Source: Octopus vulgaris (Eukaryota). From it: a DNA stretch of 64,000 nt. Where the stretch lies: assembly GCA_951406725.2 (NCBI GenBank), contig OX597821.1, positions 65,596,001 through 65,660,000 on the forward strand, given 5' to 3'. Of this stretch, positions 28,248 to 42,445 are shown in pieces. Position 1 is the stretch's first letter, and each line of letters opens with the position of its first letter. The translations under genes were made by a program, and so were the position numbers. The notes under the pieces are model-generated. The model worked only from the letters and a program-made list of their open reading frames with translations. It was not told where the DNA came from and did no database searches.

Positions 28248-28700
28248 GGCGCTGGAGTGGTTGTGTGTTAAGAAGCTTGTTTCCCAACCACATGGTTCCG
28301 GGTTCAGTTCCACTGCGTGACACCTTGCACAAGTGTCTTCTACCATAGCCTAGGACTGACCAAAGCCATGTGAGTGAATTTAGTAAACTGAAACTGAAAG
28401 AAGCCCGTCGTCTATATGTGTGTGCGGGATGTGTGTGCATGTATGTGTATATGTAAGTATTATATATTTATGTGTGTGTGTTTGTGTCTTTGTATCTGTA
28501 TTTGTCCCTCACCACCACTTGACGACCGGCGTTACTATACTTACTTCCCCTAAATTAGCTATTCGGCAAAACCGTCCGATAGAATAAGTACGCGTTTTAA
28601 AAATAATAAAAACCAAGTACTGAGGTCGATTCTTTCGACTAAGATTCCACAAGACTGTGCCCCGGCATGGCCGCCGTCCAATGACTGAAACAAGTAAAAG
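28248..28700 (+). mobile_element. SINE family A (older copy)
   Basis: Same architecture, more diverged. Confidence 0.8.
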
Positions 28701-29514
28701 GTGAAAACGGTAAAAAATATTCTCCCGATATTCTTATCTTAATTTATAGAAGCTCTTTGTTTAAGTTGTGATGTGATACACATTGGTTCAGAGCAGCTTT
28801 GCGAGTTCAGAAATATCTTATATACAGCCATTAGCTGTATCATTGACTTTGATAGATTTCTCAAAGGTGTCCTAGTAAAGCGTGTAGCCAAGGTTAATAT
28901 AAGCAGAATTCAGTGTTGCATATCTACTGTGTTTCTACAAGTGTCGTGGTCTGAAATAAGCAGAGTCTTGAGTTTCGTCTGAAGTTTCCATCAAGATTTC
29001 CTGATATAACTAGAATGGTGTGTCTTGTCTAAGGTTTACAGCTGATAGCGATTGGGTCGAGTAGAGCGTTGTGACTTTTGTGTAAGGTTAACAAATAGGT
29101 TCCATGGAGACGAAGTAGTGCTGTATTTTGCAACTTGACCTGCTAGAAATAAGCACCGAATATACCTCAAATTAGACCTTCCATTTTTTTTTGTTTTGTT
29201 AGAAAAATATAAGTAAAGAATAATATAGTTTTAGATACCCAAGAAGAAAGGATGATCATAGCAGAAATACTTTCGTTCAAAGGTGAACGCATTCTGGACT
29301 GACAGTACCGAAACAAGAATGATAGCAACAATAGTAGCAACAATGATGACGCTGACAACGACAAAAAACTGGTGCAAAGCTAATCAGGTAGCATTTGTGA
29401 TACCGAAGTACAAAATTAGAAAGAATAGGCGCAACGTTTCCGATAATTTCAAGCACGTCTTCCACACAGAATTATGTGTTTTAATTTAGAGGAAAGGTTT
29501 GAATGTCTGTGTGC

Positions 29515-30081
29515 GTGAGTGTGTGAGTGAGTGAGTGAGTGAGTGAGTGAGTGAGTGAGTGAGTGATTAAGAGAGTGAATGAGTGAGTGAGTGAATGAGT
29601 GAGTGAGTGAGTGAATGAGTAAGTGAGTGAATAAGTGAGTGAATGAGTGAGTGAATGAGTGAGTGAGTGAGTTAGTGAGTGAATGAATGAGTGAATGAGT
29701 GAGTGAGTGAGTGAGTGAGTGAGTGAGTGAGTGAGTGATTAAGAGAGTGAATGAGTGAGTGAGTGAATGAGTGAGTGAGTGAGTGAATGAGTAAGTGAGT
29801 GAATAAGTGAGTGAATGAGTGAGTGAGTGAATGAGTGAGTGAGTGAGTTAGTGAGTGAATGAATGAGTGAATGAGTGAGTGAGTGAGTGAGTGAGTGAGT
29901 GAGTGAGTGAATGAGTGAATGAGTGAGTGAATGAGTGAATGAATGAGTGAGTGAGTGAATGACTGAATGAGTGAGTGAGTGAGTGAATGAGTGAGTGAGT
30001 GAGTGAGTGAATGAGTGAATGAGTGAGTGAGTGAGTGAGTGAATGAGTGAGTGAATGAATGAGTGAATGAGTGAGTGAGTG
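29515..30081. repeat. (GAGT/GAAT)n tract with a 172-bp higher-order duplication
   Basis: GATTAAGAGAGTGAAT occurs at 29565 and 29737. Confidence 0.9.
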
Positions 30082-30379
30082 GGTACGTGAGATTATGTAT
30101 ATATAAACACATCTATGTTAGATAGACAGACAGACGTAGATATGTAAGCGGATCCATCATCATGATCGTCATAGGCTATTCACCTATATTCACGATGATT
30201 CTCCATATGTATAACCAAGCGCCGTAGTATCAAGAGGAGATTGCTGGCCTCCACAGGTTTTCAATTCCTCTGCGATCCAGATGTGGATATCAATGTACAG
30301 CAGCCCCGCTGAGGCTGTGTTTCGCCTCATCTTTGCATCTCTGTCGGAGTCTATATACAAACACCTACACACTATTTCC

Positions 30380-30571
<192 letters not shown>

Positions 30572-30628
30572 CGACAGACAGACAGACAGACAGACAGACA
30601 GGCAGACAGACAGACAGACTGACTGACT

Positions 30629-30720
<92 letters not shown>

Positions 30721-30743
30721 TACACTGTTGTGTCTGGGGAGAG

Positions 30744-30797
<54 letters not shown>

Positions 30798-32454
30798 TAA
30801 AATGTATAATCTAGGCTAGATATTTAACAAGAACAATAACCAGCCAATTAGCACCAGATACCAACTAACATATGCCATTCAATTATACCTAAATAGAAAA
30901 TACGTGTACACAACTTAATGATACCAATTTCGATGGAGTCCTCTTACCGAACGCATTATTGCAATAATGCCGACTATTCTGTACGTGAGAAGGCTAATCT
31001 TATTTACTTAAGTATTAGTGCTCCCTTTTTGTGCTCCCTTTTTTTTTTTTTTCTTCTATTTAATACTGAAGCTACATCTCTTCCTTCACCTGCGTTCTCT
31101 GCTAATTAATATGACATTGACCAAACAGAGTTCTGAAAGGGATTAAACCTTATACTTTTTTCCGCTTGTCAGAACTAATTCTTGTCAGTTTTACGTAGTA
31201 CTAAGTCACTGAAGCAGAACCTACTCGTTTTTGTTTTTTGTTTTTTTGTTTTTTTTTTTTGTTTTTGTTAACACATGGCAAGGTATAATGTATCCTTGGT
31301 CTATTTGGTTATACCTGACCGGAAGTCGGCAACTAATTAATAACGATGCGAAACAGTTATCTTTGTATTTCGAATTCTTTTGAAGAATAGTCTTGTAATT
31401 TAGTACTTGTATAACACAAAGACGAAAAGAATACCTTTGATAAGAACAACGTTAATTGCTTCAAACCTTTTAAAAGCTCGTCTTCTCTTCTGCCGCCGAC
31501 TTATTGTTCTCAGAGAGAAATAAGAGACAGAGAGAGAAATATATATATAGTCAGACAGACAGACAGACAGGCAGGCAGAAAGAAAGGCGGGGAGAAAGTT
31601 TACTGAATAACTGGATGAGGTTTTCTAGTCTATTGTGTGGGACAGGAAGGTTGGAGGAATTTTGTTGGTTACTGGAATTGATAATTTACTCGTGTTTTCT
31701 GTGGTTTAATTCCAACGGTTGCGTCTTGACATCTTTAAGTGGAAGGCAGCTGCTTGAGAATATTTTCGCAATGCATAACTAAACTCTCAGTTTTCTTTCT
31801 TTATTGTAAAAAAAACTCAATATAGTAACGACCTGCACAGCTGTGTGAACCACTTTGGTTAAAGGTTAAAGTTATAATGAAGCATTAAAACTTGCTTCTG
31901 TCAATAATAAAAAAAGACCAAACTGATTATCGAAAATTAAGTCAGAATTTAGTAATTAAAAATGAAAAAAAGTCAGCCATACTGTTTGCTGATTACAAAT
32001 CTTTCCTGAAAAAAAACTTCGGGATTGTGAAGAATAATTAAAAAAGCAAAATTCAATACATGTTTTTAATAGTATAATTTATTAGTAATACGATTTTAGA
32101 TACGTAAAATATGTCCCGAAGCAACGGATTATTGTAGTTAAGGTCAGAGGCTATCTAACAATAACGCCAGTTAGTGTCCGGCGTGATCGAGGCCACTAGA
32201 AGTGGGGCACCATTGAAATTTTGTGAATGTATGTCTCTGGGAAAAGCTGCTACCCTGTCCGGTATAACTAAGCGAGCGATCTGGGTTCAACACCCATGAA
32301 AGGCAGCAAGACTAGGGGGACAGCTGCGAGCATAAGTCCTCATAAGCACTGAAATAATATTAGAAAGCGATAACTATGGCATGAAAGTATAAGAGTGCAA
32401 ACATATTCTTTCTATACTTACGATGTACGGAAAAAAGGAGAAAATTGGTTACGT

Positions 32455-32500
32455 TTCCACTGAGGAGAGGTCAACAAGCTGCGAAACGGTCCATTAGGAA
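32455..32500 (+). ncRNA. Decayed hammerhead motif
   Basis: TTCCA-CTGAGGA-G..GC-GAAACGGTCCATT-AGGAA; core intact, stems damaged. Confidence 0.45.
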
Positions 32501-33169
32501 TCTCTTCACTTGTTCTTCTTCACATCGATAGCATAGAAAGAATGTGTCTAATAGTTTCCCCAACAGCTATGAGCTTCTGATATTTAAATATATATATATA
32601 CAGTGCTGTGCAAATGTTGCGTATAGAATACTTTTTGATATTTTTGCCTCATGGTTTTCTGTCGGTGCACAAGTATTTTGACGCAGCAATCTTCAACGAA
32701 TATTCGAGGTTTTAAAGCGCGTATATGACTAAAACGCTTCAGACACAAATAGCTCGCAATATTCCCATTAAAGGACCCCTTTACCCTCGGTTGGCATTGC
32801 CATTCGTCTTCCTCCGGGGTCGATATATTCATCGCTGAACCTTTAAAGGACGTGATCCAGCATGGCCACAGTCTAGTGGGTGAAACTAGGATATGTGTTA
32901 ATGAACCCAACAACTGTACATTAATAAATTATGGAAATCATAATTGCTTTATAGACTTAAAGACATGTGGTTCCGAGTGCAACGAAGTGGAATAAGACCT
33001 GAAGAACTCAAAATCGTTACGCTTCACGTATTACAGATTAATATCTACTTCAGGTTATTGTAACCCTATAAATGGCTTTAGTGCAAGACTAGAAATAGAT
33101 GTAAAATCCATATTGAGGACATCTTGTTCAATTTTGACCGTACCTATTTAAATATTACTTCACTCTCTC

Positions 33170-33590
33170 TCTCTTTGTGCTTCCATCAATGACCGCAGGC
33201 TATTGCGGTCTTTTAAAGAATTCAAAGTTTGAAGCGTGTTCTTGTGAATGATTGTAAGCCATAAACTCAATCTGATCGTTATTCTCGTTCAGCTCAATCT
33301 GTTTCGTGACTTCCTCAATATGTTCAAAAGATAATTCCTTGATAATTTTAGATATGGGAGTTATATCATTTGCATAATCGTTCTCTCAGTAATGACGTTT
33401 GTAGAAAGACGTCTGCGTATTTTAGGAGCTTTTTTCGAAAGCAGGTTCCTTTGTAATGAACCGTCCAATTTCACTATAAGCAGGCAAGCTGCAAGAGTGT
33501 CATCATATAGTACTCCTGCAATGATCACAGGGAAATCTGTCTCATATCATCATCAGGTGATGAAACTTGAGCGGTGGTGTCTTTGTGGAG
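33170..33590 (-). mobile_element. RTE-type LINE reverse-transcriptase remnant
   Basis: Minus translation gives AGVLYDDTLA (cf. GVLQGDTLAP) and DYANDI..IEEVTKQIEL..N..IEFM (cf. DFADDI..IGL.IN..KTEYM). Confidence 0.6.
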
Positions 33591-33774
33591 AATGCTGATT
33601 GCTTCTATGATGGCTTCTTGAACGCTATGTCTTTCGAGGATCAGCGTCAATTTGATTCGGTGAGAGAGACAAGTGATTTACTAAAATTCACAAATAATAT
33701 ACAACTTTTAGGTTCTGACATGTGATACCTTCAATAATCTTTCGTGTTACATACACACACACGCATATATATAC

Positions 33775-33856
<82 letters not shown>

Positions 33857-33873
33857 GTGTGTGTGTGTGTATA

Positions 33874-34099
33874 GGGCGGCGAGCTGGAAGAATCGTTTGC
33901 ACGTCGGGCGAAGTGCTTAGCGGTATTTCGGCTGCCGTTACGTTCTGAGTTCAAATTCGGCGAGGTCGACTTTGCCTTTCATCTTTTCGGGATCGATAAA
34001 TTAAGTACCAGTTACGCACTGGGGTCGATGTAACCGACTTAAGCCCTTAGTCTGTCCTTGTTTGTCCCCTCTGTGTTTAGCCCCCTGTGGGCAATAAAG

Positions 34100-34103
<4 letters not shown>
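33874..34103 (+). mobile_element. SINE family B
   Basis: GGCGGCGAGCTGG..GTTCTGAGTTCAAAT..GAGGTCGACTTTGCCTTTCATC..GATAAATTAAGTACCAG; multiple copies in the window. Confidence 0.8.
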
Positions 34104-34165
<62 letters not shown>

Positions 34166-34226
34166 ATGTATGTATATATATATGCAGGTATATTATTTCT
34201 TTAAAGGTCACAATACATGTATTAAA

Positions 34227-34279
34227 GCGCTGCTAATAGTTCCATATTTTGAGAAAACTCAAACATATTCTTCAGGTGC
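34227..34279 (-). ncRNA. Decayed hammerhead within a short inverted-repeat element (34189-34361)
   Basis: GCAC-CTGAAGA-ATAT(G)TTTGAG(TTTT)CTCAAAATAT-GGAACTATTAGCA-GCGC; three substitutions from a canonical HHR. Confidence 0.55.
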
Positions 34280-34419
34280 AAACCACGTATCGTAAGGGAC
34301 TAAAAAAATGGAATACTAGAAAAAAAACCGCGAAAAACTGTGACCTTTAAGTAAATAATATTTATCTCTCACCAGAGGGAGTACATTTTTGTTGAATTTC
34401 CTATCACTAAACGGTACAT

Positions 34420-34644
34420 GTTCTATTCTTTTATTCTACTACTTGTTTCAGTCATTTGACTGCGGCCATGCTGGAGCACCGCTTTAGTCGAGTAAATAGA
34501 GACCAGGACTTATTATTTTTTTGCCGAACCGCTAAGTTACGGGGACATAAACACCCCAGCATCGGTTGTCAAGTGATGTTGGGAGTCAAACACAGATACA
34601 CAAACATATACACACACTTACATATACATATATATATATGTATG

Positions 34645-34699
<55 letters not shown>

Positions 34700-35177
34700 T
34701 ACGGGCTTCTTTCAGTTTCCGTCTACCAAGTCTCCTCACTAGACTTTAGTCAACCCGAGGCTATAGCAGAAGACACTTGTCCTAGGTGCTACGTAGTGAG
34801 ACTGAAGGGACTGAACGGTGGTAAGCGAGCTACTTACCACACAGCCACTCTTGCACTTTGGGCAAGTTATCTTCTAATATAGTCTCGGGCCGACCAAAGC
34901 CTTGTGAGTGGATTTGGTAGACGGAAACTGAAAGAAGCCCGTCGTATATATGTATATGTATATATGTATGTGTGTGTATATGTTTGTATCTCTGTGTTTG
35001 CCCCACCCCCAACATCACTTGACAATCGATGCTAATATATTTGTCCCCGTAACTTAGCGGTTCGGCAAGAGAGACCAATAGAATAAGTACTAGGCTTACA
35101 AAGAACAAGTCCTGGGTTCGATGCTCGACTAAATGCGGTGCTCCAGTACGGCTGCAGTGAAATGACTGAAACAAGTA
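34420..35177. mobile_element. Head-to-head pair of SINE A copies
   Basis: A minus copy at about 34420-34852 abuts a 5'-truncated plus copy at about 34853-35177. Confidence 0.8.
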
Positions 35178-35254
35178 ATATATATATATATGCATATGTG
35201 CATAGATAGATAGATAGATAGATAGATACATACATACATACATACATACATACA

Positions 35255-35288
<34 letters not shown>

Positions 35289-35947
35289 CATGCATGCATG
35301 CATGCATGCATGCATACATACATACATGCATACATACATACATACATACATACATACATACATACATACATACATACAGTTTCATGGAGAACACAAACAG
35401 ACCTAAATTTTCCAAACCCAATCTGTTAGTGGCACAGTGACGATTTGTAAAACATCGCAAAAATGTGTGAATAGATACACACATTTAGATGTATGCATCG
35501 ACAATTCAACCAGCACACAACTCAACAACTTATTTGCAAACACTGGGAACCCCTTTAATTCAAAAAGTCTTGTCTCTTTATTAGCTCCCGGCCTGAACTG
35601 TCTCAAGAAGTACTTGAATAAAACTCAAAGAAAAATATCATACGTACATATATGACGAGGTTCTTCTCAGTTTACCATAAAAATTCCACTCACTGAGAAT
35701 GGTAAACCAGGGCTTACAGTAGAGGACAATTGCACAAAGTATCACAAATTTTATTTCAATTGAAAGCAAAACCACGTGATTCGTTTTTTTGCAAAGTGAA
35801 CATCTTAGGTGTCAATGATCGATATTAAAGTGATAGATCTACCCAGAAGCTGTAGGTTATTGAATATGTGACTAAATATGGAAGATTATCTATAGGTTCT
35901 GTTCTGTTGGAATGTGATGTAAAGTATATCTTTAAAAAAACTATTAA

Positions 35948-36345
35948 GCGTGGCTGTGTGGTAAGAAGTTTTGTTTTCCAGCCACATGGTTCTGGGTTCA
36001 GTCTCACTGCTTGGCACCTTGTGAAAGTGTCTTCTACTATAGCCTCGGACTAACTAAACCCTTGTGAGTGGATTTAGCAGCTGGAAACTGAAAGAAGCAC
36101 GTCCACTGTGTGTGTTTGTGTCTGTTGTTGACCCCCATCACCGCTTGTCAACCGGTGTCGGTGAGGTTACATCCTCATAACATAGCAGTTCGGCAAAAGT
36201 ATCCGATAGAATAAGTGTCAGGCTCAAAAACAAAAATAAAAAGTAAAAATAAGTACTGGGATTCATTCATTCGACTTAAAGTTTTTTCAGGGTGGTGTCC
36301 CAGCATGGCCACAGTCTAATGACTGAAACAAATGAAAAATAAAGG
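35948..36345 (+). mobile_element. SINE family A
   Basis: Same architecture. Confidence 0.8.
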
Positions 36346-37129
36346 ATACGATACTAGCCTCTCTCTGAAAAGTAAACAAATTCTTTCGCTTTGTTATTTT
36401 TTTTTTCAATACTCTGTTGGCCGCAAAAGTGAGATCGAACCGATCAGTTTCTTGTCTTCGTAGATCTTCATCGGAGGAAGAATACGTCCATGGAGACAGT
36501 AGTTGCCTATAACTTTCGACTGTGCATACAAACTGGGATTCAATTAAACTGGTCTGTCTAATTTGCTTAACAGTGCGTACGCTAATGATATTGATTGATT
36601 AATTAATTGATTAATTTGTAAATGTACCACACAGCGTTTTTCGATAGAAGTCTAAAATGTAGTCTCCCCACCCACGCCCTTTCTCTTTGCCCACGGAGAG
36701 ACAAAAGTTGTTGTTGTTGTGTAACCTGTTTTGCTTACTTGCCGCTGATCACAGATCTGCTACTCTCGGAATGACTCAGAGCTAAGCAATCAATGACAAC
36801 ATCACTTTTGATGGTTTGTGCATCGGAGCTTTCATGTAATACGATATCATCTGAAATAAAACTTTCGGTGTCATGTTTTTGATCAACTTTACCTGTGATC
36901 AAAATACGGAAATAATTTCTTTCGATTCGGTCGTACTATGACATTTTGCCGTCTCTTAACAGGAATACAAAAAGAAAAATGATACAATAAGATGTATCAA
37001 GGATACATGCAGATGTGATGCGGAAAAGTAGAAACACTAAAATATATTCTTTGCACTGGTGCCACACAGGTATTCTTGGAGACACAATTTGGTTCTCAAA
37101 GATTTCTGCAGCACTGTAAAGCACCGAAT

Positions 37130-37310
37130 TGGACTTGGAGGAGCAGTTGCCCCCTTGACAGCATCATCTCTTACAAACACGTGAGTCTTGGTAGAAATAT
37201 CCGGAGGTATTGCAGAGGAAATAGACTGGTCACGAAGAAGCATTAGTAGCAGGTCAGCAAGGAATGACCTGAATCGCATGACGTAATATGTGGGGTCCGT
37301 ATACGGTAAG
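37130..37310 (-). mobile_element. Ty3/Gypsy integrase C-terminal remnant
   Basis: DPTYYVMRFRSFL..IPPDISTKTHVFVRDDAVK..PP resembles the THVFxRxDAVxxPLxPPYxGP region of Gypsy pol. Confidence 0.55.
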
Positions 37311-38409
37311 TCGCCGGGCGTGTAGTGTGTGCTGTATCGTGTCACCATTTTAGAAGGATAAGTGTCCATGCTGTGTCAGCGTCGAGGGTCACTATTTAAG
37401 ATGTTTTGTGCCCACATCACGTCGTATTACTGAAGGGTATCTTTTGTTCTTCACAAATGTAAATAAACCTAATCTGTTTCTTAAACGAGGGACATATTCA
37501 TACGGCACAGAATGTTTTGAACTCAATAGACATCATTGATTGGTTGAAATTGCAGAAATTGAAGAAAAAACAACAACAGATATCTTACAAACTATAGAAT
37601 TTTCTCAATAAAGCCAAGAGAAATAGATGTTTTATAAACACATTTTACTAATATACGAAGTTTAAAAGTGTTTAGTTGCATGGAAATTATATTAAAAAAC
37701 TGCCGTTCAAACCGAAAAGATCCGATATCCAAACCACAGTTGAGAAATCAAGCTATTTGGATTTGATTAAAAACAAAACGATGAGTAGAACATTGAATCA
37801 AGGCTAACAGCCAATTTGATCTGGGTATGAGACGTTTTGATACAACCGTATTAATACTGCCGTTTTGACGGCGTTGATTCGACGCTGACCTTTTAATCTT
37901 TATTTTTCTCTCTCTCTCTCTCTGTCTGACTACCTGCTTATCTGTCTGTCTGTCTCTTCCTCTTTCTCTCTTTCTCTGTGTCTCTCTCTATCGCTGTCTG
38001 TCTGTCTGTCCCTCTCTCCCCTCCCTCTCTATTTATGTATGTGAGCATCTAGTTATGCTTGCATGTTTGTGTAATCTCTCTTACCCCCCTCTCTCTCTCT
38101 CCCCTTTCGTTCTATGAGTGTGTATAATAACGCACGCACGTATGGGCGATTCCATCAAGCGCCGAAACAGGCTGAATTCCCTACAGTCCAACAGTCAACC
38201 ATTCCATATCATTGTCAGCGTCCAAACAGCTCAGCTGCAAGCAATCGTCTCATTTCGATATCATGTGGCAAGCAGGGCTTCATACCAAACAGTGATGCGC
38301 CGTTAAACCGACAAGAGAAAAGCCTCCAAAACAGAGTCGCATTTTCTCCCGACACTAGCCGTCACCTGCGCAGGCCTGCTAGTTTCTGAGATGCGATGCT
38401 TTTATAAAA

Positions 38410-38580
38410 TCTATTATATAAAATCCGTTCTGTGTGTGTGTGTCTTCTAGGATCTCGGGCATCCTCCATCCAATTGCGCTCAGATTTGATATGTAGATAC
38501 CGACGGTATCAGGGCGTGTATAAGTCTTGAAAAAATTACAAAAATCGATTCCAGGTGAGAATGCGATCGATAAAGCCGTT
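38410..38580 (+). mobile_element. Probable 5' end of a non-autonomous Helitron
   Basis: TCTATTATATAAAA..CTGTGTGTG..CCAATT..ATTTG layout parallels the 18108 element; no 3' CTAG end found. Confidence 0.45.
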
Positions 38581-39368
38581 TTTGTCCTGCTTTTCTTCTG
38601 TCAACCTGTACATAACTGCACCTTCCATTTTTTGTTGTTTTTGTACTGCTTAAAGGCACGTTTCTTTCCTGCCAAGCTTACTGTTTAAACCATGTTTGCG
38701 TTCTCCCAGTCAACAGGCTTATCATTACTGGTACTTTAAACTCTTCCATTGCATATTTGTGTGAATAAAATAGTTTTTCTTTGGAATAGAATAAAAGTCT
38801 ATCTTTATTTCTCCTTTTGCTGGTGTCTCAAATTTAGGCTCAATCAGTGTTTCTCAAAGGGGAGGCCTATGGGACGGTCGGACAAGTTGTTTTGAGAAAA
38901 TTTGGTTTAAACGTTTGACAACTCAGCACCGTCCATTGGACGGGGGCGGGGCGTTTTGCTCGTAGCACATAAATCTACAAGTTGTTTGTAAAGAAACTAT
39001 AGCATTTAATAATACTGTGGAATATGTTATCTCTTGGAATTGCTTTAGTCGGGTTTTGAACCAACAATTCTTTCTTACTCGTCGTCTGCTGGTTGTTTTA
39101 TCGCAGTTCTTTTCAACCTTTCTTTTATTCTTTTATATATATGCTTTTTTTTATTTTCGTTTATTTATGATCAGAACTTTTGAAAACTCTTTGTTTAATT
39201 TATTCGATGTCAAGTATGTGTGTGTATGCATGTATGTATATAACATATACATACGCACACATACATACACATCCATCTACATAGGTAGACATGAATATAT
39301 ATATATATATATATATATATGTATTTATGCGTGCGTGTACTTATATGTGTGTATGTATATGTATATGT

Positions 39369-39422
<54 letters not shown>

Positions 39423-39505
39423 TACATATATATATATGTTTATATATATATATATCTGTGTGTGTGTGTATATGTATATATATATATATGCATATGTATA
39501 TCGAG

Positions 39506-39559
<54 letters not shown>

Positions 39560-39839
39560 CGGAAAATCTATTTGCACTTTTGCATTTTTTTTATTTTTAC
39601 ATTTTTCTGTTTCCTCTCGAATTTTTTTATTTTTTAAATCTTTCCATGGAAACTCCAAAGAATGTCGTTGTCGTTCATGTTTTTAAAAAATGTTTATTTT
39701 TTTATCACAGGGGTGGGGCCTACTTTTAAACTAAGGGTCATACCATGTGAGAATAACTTTAGATATATAACTGCTTTATTTAACTATTCGATTATTATTA
39801 TTATTATCGTTATCGCTGTTGTTGTAATTATTATTATTA

Positions 39840-39891
<52 letters not shown>

Positions 39892-40221
39892 CAATATTAC
39901 TATCATCATCATCATTTGTTCCAGCTCACATCACTGATGTAGTGTTTTCTTTAGTGTTTGTTGTGTCTACTCCTTCGTGTTTCGTGTGTTACGGTAAAAA
40001 TTGACAAATCTATTTTTATTCTTGATTCGTCTTTTTGAAGAAAAAAAAAACTTTGAGAATTTGTGGTTTCTACAAAGTATGCATGTATGTAGATACGCGT
40101 ATGCATTCACGCATGTATGTATGTATGTACGTAATTATGTACTACGTATGTATGTATATGTATGTATGTATGTATGTATGTATACATGTATGCACGTACG
40201 TTTGTATGTATGTATGTGTAT

Positions 40222-40745
40222 GTCATTGTTTAGTTTTATTTCAAGATTTCTTGCCAAAAGCGAAGGAGTCGGTTTCTAACCTAGATCCAAGGAACCTTCA
40301 TTGGAATTTCAACATCAAGAACAGAGTATTTTTGTTTGTATGTATATATGCATCTATGTATGTATGTATGTATGCATGTAGGTATGTATGTGTGTATATA
40401 TGTGCATATGTATGTGTGTGTGTTATTGTTCAGTTTTATTTCAAGATTTTTTGTCAATAGAGGAGTCGGTTTCTAACCTAGATTCAAGGAACCTTTACTG
40501 GAATTTCAGCATCAACAACAGGGTAATTTTATGTATGTATGTATGTATGTATGTATCTATGTATGTATTTATGTATGTATGTATGTATGTATGTATGTAT
40601 GTATGTATGTATGTATGTATGTATGTATGTATGTATGTGTGTATGTACGCATATGTGCAAATTTATGTTTTGCTTTATGCCTGTATGTATTCTCATGCAT
40701 ATAGTTGCATATATAGACATGCGCATATATATTTAAATATATATA
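40222..40745 (-). mobile_element. Tandem orphan 3' UTRs of the 20424 R4-type LINE in a (TATG)n tract
   Basis: Two copies of TT.AGTTTTATTTCAAG..GGTTTCTAACC.AGAT.CAAGG..GAATTTCA.CATCAA.AACAG. Confidence 0.75.
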
Positions 40746-41336
40746 CAGATGTATGCATGTATGCCTCCGTGCATGTATCTATGTATGTATATATGTATGT
40801 ATGCATTTATGTGTGCATGTATATATTATGCATCTATCTGTGTATATGTGTATTTATCTCTCTACCTGTCTACCTGTATATACATATATATGTACACACA
40901 CACACGTTGACACAAACGCATACATTGGCACACATGCACATATTGGCACACACACACATTCACACCCACACATACAGGCGCATACATACACATATGCATA
41001 AAAGCATATATTTCGAAATAGATTTCCATAAATGCGTACCTATTTGTATATATGGATACATACATGTGTTTATATATTCCTACATATATGCGTAAATATT
41101 CATACATATACACATATATGCGTATATGTGTATGCATGCGTGTCTACTACATATATACGTCTATACATATAACATACTTTTATATGCTTCTACATGTATG
41201 TATACTCACTCATACACAAACGTACACATACACACAAACATATCTATACATACATACATGCATACATATATACACACATACATACATACACACACACACA
41301 CGCACACACAGACACACTCACATACATATATATATA

Positions 41337-41805
41337 TATTAATAGTTATCGGCAAGCTAACATGGCAGTCTAGAAAAATAGGATGAATGCTGCCGTTGAT
41401 TAGCTCCAAGAGGCCATCGACTCTAGCTAGCTATGTGACACACAAACCTGTGTCAATTATAACCTTCCAGCAGGGGAGGTCAGCAGCTTCCCCTTGCTGG
41501 TTCAACCTCCACAGACTAGTTTCGGGGTATTCCACTGAATATAGGTAAATAAACCTTCGAACAGACAGACGGTCAGCAGCGAAGCCTGCTGGGTTAGGCT
41601 AATCCACATTGATAAGTGGAAACTAGTCTGTGGAAGTTGAACCAGCAAGGGGAAGCTACTGACCTCCCCTGTTCGAAGCTTATACTGGACACAGGTTTGT
41701 GTGTCACATAGCTAGCGAGAGTCGATGGCCTCTTGGAGTTAATCAACGGCAGCATTCGTCCTATTTTTCTGGACTGCCATGTTAGCTTGACGATAACTAT
41801 TAATA
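41337..41805. repeat. 187-bp inverted repeat with hammerhead remnant (Penelope-like inverted terminal repeat)
   Basis: Arms are 41337-41523 and 41619-41805. Both inner ends are at GAAACTAGTC^TGTGGA; HHR remnant TCCACA-TTGATAA..GAAACTAGTC-TGTGGA at 41603-41634. Confidence 0.85.
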
Positions 41806-41989
41806 CTGGAGCACCACCATTAGGCGATCAAATCCACCACAGGATTCTTTGTAAGCCTAGTATTTATGCTATCGGCCTCTTTTGGAGACCCGCTAAGTTA
41901 CAGGGACGTAAACGCACTAGCATCGGTTGTCAAGCGATGATGGGAGCACAAACACAGACACAGAAACTTAAACAAACACATACATATAC

Positions 41990-42048
<59 letters not shown>

Positions 42049-42089
42049 ATATATATATATATATATTTATATTTATACATGCATACACA

Positions 42090-42139
<50 letters not shown>

Positions 42140-42294
42140 CACATACGACGGGTTTCTTTCAGTTTCCGTCTACCAAATCCACTCACAAGGCTTTGGTCGG
42201 TCCGAGGCTTTATTAGCAGATATTTGCCCAAGACGCCACGCAATGGGACTGAACCCGGAACCATGGTGTTGGTAAGCAAGCTACTTACCACACA

Positions 42295-42298
<4 letters not shown>
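41806..42298 (-). mobile_element. SINE family A
   Basis: Reverse complement of the family consensus. Confidence 0.85.
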
Positions 42299-42344
<46 letters not shown>

Positions 42345-42414
42345 CATATACATATGCAAACATACATACATACATACATACATACATACATACATACATA
42401 CATACATACATACA

Positions 42415-42445
<31 letters not shown>

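Noticed and set aside
36431-36480. Minus-strand CCGATGAAG..GAAACTGATCGGTT motif; similar weak motifs near 9404, 12565, 16940, 54732 and 63612
   Set aside because: Stem I is missing or the core is damaged. They may be old HHR relics but are too decayed to call.
37438-37723. Possible MITE bounded by ATCTTTT/AAAAGAT
   Set aside because: The terminal match is too short and there is no second copy in the window
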